Below are positions 57,140 to 64,000 of a DNA stretch of 64,000 nucleotides, piece by piece. The position numbers were made by a program, and so were the translations under genes. The notes under the pieces were generated by a model, which saw only the letters and a list, made by a program, of their open reading frames with translations, did no database searches and was not told where the DNA came from. Position 1 is the first letter of the stretch; each line of letters opens with the position of its first letter. This DNA comes from Octopus sinensis (Eukaryota), in NCBI RefSeq assembly GCF_006345805.1, contig NW_021833304.1, forward strand, positions 1-64,000. Reading direction: 5' to 3'.

Positions 57140-57735
57140 TGCTTCCAAATCACATGATTCCGTGTTCAGTCTCACTGCGTGGAACCTGGGCGAGTGTTTT
57201 TTACTATAGCCTCTGGCCGACCAAACCCTTGTGAATATATATATGTACTAGGCTTAGAAAGTATAAGTCCTGGGGTTGATTTGTTCGACTAAAGGCGGTC
57301 CTCGAGCATGGCCGCAGTCAAATGAATGAAACAAGTAAAAGAATTAAAGAATAAAAGAATACATCTTTTAGTTATTTCAGTCGCTGGAATGCTGCCATGC
57401 TGGAGCACGGCTTTGAAGTATTCTAGTCTTCTTTAAATCTTGGTAGCTTTGCTATCCGTCGCTTTTGCCGAACCACTAAGATAACACTACGTAAACACAA
57501 CAGCACCTGTTGTCAAGTACTGGTGGGGGACAAACACAAATTCAAACACACACACACACTCACACACATATGTATGGCAGGCTTCTTTCAGTTTCCGTCA
57601 ACCAAATCCATTCACAAGACTTTAGTCTGTCTGATGTTATAGTAGAAAACATTTGCTCAAGGCGCCACGCAATGGGACCGAACACGGAACCATGTGGTTG
57701 GGAAGCAAGTTTCTTACCACACAACTACGCCTGCC
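57140..57735. mobile_element. Inverted pair of SINE family A (plus 57140-57345, internally deleted; minus 57365-57735)
   Basis: Both the head and tail segments of the plus copy have complements in the adjacent minus copy. Confidence 0.85.
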
Positions 57736-58644
57736 CCTATGATATACACAGATAAATACTAGAATAGGATGTAATTTCAATTGCGCTTAAATATTACAGT
57801 TTATTAATCGATATTTTATAGTTTATATTTTGCTTTGTATAGTCCCGTATACAAATTAATATACAGACAGGAAACAAGAGCGTTGGATAAAATGCTTTAC
57901 AATATTTATACCGGATGTTTATCTTCTCAATTCAAACCCCACCGATGTCAGCTCTGTCTCCCATCCAGCTTAAAATTCTGTTTAAATACTTGGGTTGGTG
58001 CAATCAATTAAACCCTTCTTCAAAAAGATACTGGACAATTTAGTATGGACATATTAAATTTATGGTAGAAATCCTCTAATTTCATTTAGTTGTCCACTAT
58101 TTTCCAAAGCGATTCGTCGTTGTCGCTTTTATCTGAAACACTTATCCGGAAGCAAACAAGATTTATTCTCCAATCGCTTTGACTTAACAATGACTAATTG
58201 GATTAGACAACTTCTGAAAATATCAGAGACAACATATTTTAAAAGTTTTATTCCATTCTCCTTCAGGAAATCATTGCATTGAAACCCGCAGTTCGGCTTT
58301 GCTTACACACATCGATAGCGAATTATCCGGTTCAAATATCGTCACGTGTTACTACTTGTGACGTACAAGCAATTCTACTGGTTTGTCTTGACTGTCCCCA
58401 AATACGGTTACGGTCAGGAAAATCTTAAAATTTAAACCTTTAATAAGGGAAATGCTCATCCGACAACACATTGTGCTCATCGTTGAAAGAAATAATACCG
58501 TTTAACATATAGGGCTTCATAACAAAGCGACTCTTTATAAAAAGTTAATACAGGCCTTAATTGCATAACAAACAGACTTCTACAGTATATATATATATAT
58601 ATACATATATGTAAGTGCATTTGATTAAACTGACAATTTCCAAG

Positions 58645-58787
58645 GTGTGCAAGTATCCCCTTGCCACGCCCCGGGAATAGGCCGCAAGTTAGAGCTGATG
58701 AAACTTGGCCTTTAAGTGTCGTCAATGGTGCTGCTTTTGAGAAGGCACAAAGTAAGAATATGTACCACAAAGAATCTCATCCAGTCG
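58645..58787 (+). CDS. Best candidate coding exon (xCASIPLPRPGNRPQVRADETWPLSVVNGAAFEKAQSKNMYHKESHPVx), product unknown
   Basis: Locally GC-richer unique sequence. aatttccaag acceptor just after an in-frame stop; gtgagt donor at 58788, alternative gtaaga at 58752 in the same phase. No homology recognised. Confidence 0.35.
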
Positions 58788-59365
58788 GTGAGTAGTTTCA
58801 CCAATCAACCACCCTCGATTCTTGTTTATCTTTTATCGATGTGGAAAATGTGAAAGGCAAGTTGATCCTGTTGGGATTTGAAATCGAAAACTCTCGGCAC
58901 TTGAGTTCCTTATTTAGCTTCACAGCCAAGACAAAGCGTTCTATACATAAGTATACGTCACAAATATTTACATCAAAGAACAAACGCAAAACATAACATA
59001 CATGCATCTACATAATACGCACACATCTATCCACGAATACACACATTTATGTATATACACATATGTATATATGTAGTCTCACGTTGACATATATACACAG
59101 GGTTCGATGCACGCATGTGTTTATGCAGTCTTTCAATACAATAAAATTATATTAATATTTTTTCTAAACAATTCAAATTATTTTTACAAGGGAGTTCGTG
59201 CCATTTTTTCATCCTTCGACACCCTCATACTACAGTCAGAGAGATTCATCGATCTCTCTATTTCTCCTCTCTACCCACGTTTTCGTCTTCATTTTTCTTG
59301 GTTTTGTATCGATTACTCGACTCAAATCATGAATTGAAACGATACGAATGCCATCACGTTCCCTT

Positions 59366-59409
<44 letters not shown>

Positions 59410-59599
59410 TCTCTTTCTCTCTCCCTGTTTCTTCTTCATGTTATCTGTCTTTCTCTCTAGTTAGATATCCAATCCTTTTTCTCTTTCACTTCTTATTTTT
59501 CAGAACGATACCCAAAACGTATATTCATAAACAATTTTATGATATATATGAAGACATCACGAAATTTCGGGCTCCATTCATCATTTAATTATTAGATTA

Positions 59600-59626
59600 T
59601 TATAATCATTATTATTATCATTATTA

Positions 59627-59679
<53 letters not shown>

Positions 59680-59685
59680 TATTAA

Positions 59686-59773
<88 letters not shown>

Positions 59774-59786
59774 GTTATTATTATTA

Positions 59787-59818
<32 letters not shown>

Positions 59819-59831
59819 GTTATTATTATTA

Positions 59832-59871
<40 letters not shown>

Positions 59872-59923
59872 TATTATTGTTATTATTATTATCATAATTA
59901 TTATTATTATATTATTATTATTA

Positions 59924-59975
<52 letters not shown>

Positions 59976-59995
59976 TATTATTGTTATTATTATTA

Positions 59996-60059
<64 letters not shown>

Positions 60060-60060
60060 A
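59600..60060. repeat. About 460-bp (ATT)n array with recurring ATC/GTT/ACT variants
   Basis: Direct read. Confidence 0.97.
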
Positions 60061-61238
60061 TTTACTGGATAATTTAAAAACAAAATTAATTTACTTTTAA
60101 TATTCTATGATCAACTGTGCGGATATAAAAATAAAATAACTGTATCACAAGATGTTATTCCCAGGAATAATAAATCGATTTCTTTATTTCTTATATATAT
60201 ATATACATACATACGTCCATATACACATATGTGCATGCATACATACATACATATATACATACATACATATATACACATACATATACATATATACATATAT
60301 TTTTTATATATATTTTTAAAAAAACATATTTATATATTTCATCTTATTTTAGAATAATGGATTATGGTTTTGGGAGGAATCGACCATAAAAAATAATGTT
60401 CTAACACCGAAACTGTATATTGTATTTTTATCGATATTGATGTTGTGATTTTCTTTTTCTTTTTTTTCTTGTTATTGTTATTGTTATTGTTGTTGGTGTG
60501 CTTAGTAAGCATTAAATTAAAGAGAAAAAAAGGAGAAAAAATAAGACGCATCTCTCCCTTAGTATTATTGAATAACAATAGAAATAATTCTGTGAGATCA
60601 GACGCGTGGTGCCTATCACACGAACTTTTTAAGTGTTTTATGATTATTTAAATATCGCCTCAGCATTTTATTCTGCTAGTTGGGAATATTTTAGCTTCAT
60701 TTTCCAATAGTCTGGATTCAGATGTTTCCCAAAACGTTACTTTTGGGCATTCTACGTTATGATTATATATATATTTTTTTATTACGCTGCCATATTTTTT
60801 TTGTTTTTATGTGCGTAATATTGTTTTCAACCGTTTCAATTTTCTTCACCTCATAATATCTGTGAGTGATGAGCAACAAACTTATATAATGTTGGGGACA
60901 GGGAACCAATAACATTTGCTTTAAGTCTTGGACCAATAACCATGAAAGAAAAGAAACGAGAAAAAATTATGCTTAGTTAATTACTTTTAATACTATCAAA
61001 GAAAAGCGGCGACCACCTCCTATGAGACAAGCTTCAATGCAGTCATATATCTATCTTCCACGGTATATCAGAAAAATGTTTTCAGTATGGATTTGGTATT
61101 TTATGAATGATATGCACGCCTACCATTTCTCTCCTTCTATCTCTCTGTACACACATAAACACACACCCACTGTCTCTCACACACACATATATATTTACAC
61201 ACTCTTGTGCGCATATGTACGCGTGTGCATACTTATAG

Positions 61239-61296
<58 letters not shown>

Positions 61297-61382
61297 GTAG
61301 TTATATTGTCTTAAACTGAAATGTTTAAAACTTTAATCTAAAGTCTTTACACTATTTATCAAAATAGCTATACGTTTGAGTG

Positions 61383-61434
<52 letters not shown>

Positions 61435-61789
61435 GTATACAAATTTAATGTATAATATATGAGCTTATCTAATCTGGGGTAACTCAAAAAAGTTCCCTTA
61501 GTGGACAAGCCTACAAAGCACATAGTAATCAATACATAGGGGTGTATTGTATGGTTCAAATCACTAAATCCAATGAGTATATTTTTCATGTGTATATTGG
61601 AGTTGAAGAATTGATTTGACCATGATCTTCTGTGGAGCTGAAGGGCTAGCCTTCAATACCTGTATTAGCTTATAAAATCTATATTATTAAGATATAATTT
61701 ATAGGCATTTGAAATCGCTTACAGAATATTAAGTCACGATCAACACACTTTTTCTTCTTTTCTTATTGTCTTATTTCTTATTTTCTAGA

Positions 61790-62503
61790 TAGCCGGTCGC
61801 TTGACTGTTCAAGAGCGAGCTAAGGGAGAAGCCCAATATGAAGTTTGGAATTCTATTGTTTTGGTTCAGAGATGGTGGCATGCAACACTACGTGCGGAGA
61901 CAATACAATGTCATGCAAAGGTCATCACCGCAGGCTCTGTAAATGATTCTATTCAACCATATCCCGATCAGCAGAGAACGTGGCAACAGTTCAGGCAATG
62001 TTTAATCGCAGCCAGAAATAATCAACATATCGAGCAGCTCGTCAAAGAGGACTAACAAGACACACAATACGTACGTTGTTGCATAAGGAATTTAATGTTC
62101 GTCCGTGGACCCCACCTTACGTGCAGGAGGTAAAACCTGAAGACTGTGACCGCAGAAGTACAGATGTCCTGAACTCCAAGAAGTTCAGATCTCAGTCCAT
62201 GTTATTTTTACCTGTGGTGTTACACAAACAACGAAGTGTAGAAGACAAAACCTCGCACGCAGGAGGACATCGAGACACGGATTCAGGACGCTCTGAATGA
62301 TATCCCAGACGACGTTCTTCACAAGGTTGTTCATTGTATTCCTGGCCGTTTGAGGAAGCTGGTTGACACCAGCGGTCAATGTGAAGATTTACTTTCATTT
62401 TTCCATGTAATAAGGAACACGTATCATTTATTTCAATAAATTTGTAAAAGGAATAAGTATTTTAGAGCAAATTTTAATGGTTACTTACTTTTCATCCAGC
62501 CTG
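61790..62503 (+). pseudogene. Internally deleted Tc1/mariner-superfamily transposon (DD37D/DD41D-like) with right TIR
   Basis: N-terminus LTVQERAK...EVWNSIVLVQRWW. C-terminus TPRSSDLSPCYFYLWCYTNNEV*KTKPRTQEDIETRIQDALNDIPDDVLHKVV...RLRKLVDTSGQCE (PRSPDL-FLWG motif). Ends ttacttacttttcatccagcctg|TA. Left TIR not found. Confidence 0.85.
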
Positions 62504-62761
62504 TATACTAGTCTAAACATGTAAAATAATTTATTATAAGCTAAGATAAATTATTTTTTCATGATGTAGGCTGCGAAATGATGATAATTTTATGGTAAAA
62601 TAGATATATTCCTCTCACACCACCTGACTTTCTTTATACACACATATTCCGTGTGTATGTGTATGCGTATGTATGTATATGTATATATATATACATATAT
62701 ATATATATGTATATATACACATATATATATATACATATATATATATATATTATATATATAT

Positions 62762-62804
<43 letters not shown>

Positions 62805-62829
62805 TATACATACACAGAGAGAGAGGTTA

Positions 62830-63870
62830 TGAGAGGTAATGGTGTCAATGAGACCCAAACGTGTCAGGTAATCCTGAATAAGTGCTACAGATGGACCGCA
62901 GGTAAGTTCCAGGTTCGGTGATTATGCGAATAAGGGGTTCAACGTTGGTCATATGTCAGCGTGGGTATATAAAAATTATTTCATAATGAGATAAAAAAAA
63001 ACAAGGCTATGTAGATTTTAGAACATTTATAGACAGAAGGTCTTACAGCTGTTTCCAGGATATTTATTATATCCCTTCATCAGAAACGGTGTGAGAGGAT
63101 GGTTAAGAAATAGTTAATTTAGATAAGATATAAAATAGAGAGTGAGGTGGAGGAAAGAAAATAGATGTGAGATATGCAGGGATATTGTATTTTTTAGACA
63201 GAATAGTATGCATATAATATTCCAATACCTTATTGAGTAAAATCCAATAGAATTTAAAATTGTTCATGCCAAGTGTGAATTTATACACAGTGTTATTGAG
63301 TCCGGGGCTGTGATTAAAGTGACCTTTTAGGCAAAATGGTATACATATAATATTCCAATACCTTATGAGTAAAATCCAGTAGAATTTAAACTTGGTCATT
63401 CCAAGTATAGGATGTTATTGAATCTAGTGTTATTGAATCCAGAGTTGTGATTAAAGTGACCTAAATTTAGGGAGTCTATTTGTAGGGTGAAATCGAAAAC
63501 AGGAAGAGAAGAATGGAGAAAGAGAAAAACAAAAGAAAAAATAGAAAAAAGAGGGAATAAGGGGAGGAGAGTAAGAAGAAAAATATTAAAATAACAAAAT
63601 AATATAATAAAACATAAAAAACAAGAAGAGAAGAATAAAGGAAAGAAAGAAAAAATATGGATCTACAAATGCAATATCCCTACATATCTCACATTCTATT
63701 TTCTTTTCTTTCCTACACCTCACTCGCTATTTTATATCTTATCTAAATTAACTATTTCTTAACCATCCTCTCACACTGTCTCCGATGAAGGAATATAATA
63801 AATATCCTGGAAACAGCTGTAAAACCTTCTATCTATGAATGTTCTAAAATCTACACAGTCCTGTTTATTT
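62830..63870. mobile_element. Family P1 element: inverted arms of about 200 bp, each with a hammerhead-like core, around a spacer with an internal tandem duplication
   Basis: 63035-63070 and 63795-63830 are reverse complements with 1 mismatch in 36 nt. Cores at 63083-63039 (minus, CTGATGA) and 63782-63824 (plus, CCGATGA). Confidence 0.65.
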
Positions 63871-63932
63871 ATAATTTATATATATATATATATACATGCA
63901 TATATACACATTCCGCGGGCGCGTGCGTGTGA

Positions 63933-63964
<32 letters not shown>

Positions 63965-64000
63965 CAAGCACACATCCCGTGTGTGTGTTTGTGTGTGTGT

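Noticed and set aside
58477-58770. Signal-peptide-like minus-strand ORF MWYIFLLCAFSKAAPL
   Set aside because: The start is TTG, not ATG. It is the shadow frame of the plus-strand candidate exon and runs into (TA)n.
62890-62910. Strong donor ccgcag|gtaagt
   Set aside because: Lies within the P1 repeat body (homologous to about 41170-41200); no exon evidence.

Overview
AT-rich, repeat-saturated eukaryotic DNA, not prokaryotic. The SINE families and the density of (TA)n/(CA)n/(TCTA)n/(ATT)n microsatellites resemble an octopus (coleoid cephalopod) genome; this is inferred from recalled repeat sequences, not from a search. No intact multi-exon gene, tRNA, rRNA or CRISPR array is supported. Nearly all ORFs in the supplied track are translations of microsatellites. 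What can be read directly: three tRNA-derived SINE families (here A, B, C); a complete non-autonomous Helitron; two fragments of a Tx1/L1-type LINE 3' end; decayed mariner and Tc1/DD37-41D-type transposases; several foldbacks; and a few unverified candidate exons. The most interesting signal is a set of short elements next to microsatellites. They carry hammerhead-ribozyme-like cores (C[U/C]G[A/U]NGA, hairpin, GAAA, short palindrome, UH) in about five unrelated sequence families, often in an inverted arrangement, as expected for Penelope-like terminal repeats or retrozyme-like elements. Second, SINE family B shares its 3' tail with the Tx1-type LINE. Repeat boundaries are approximate (tens of bp).
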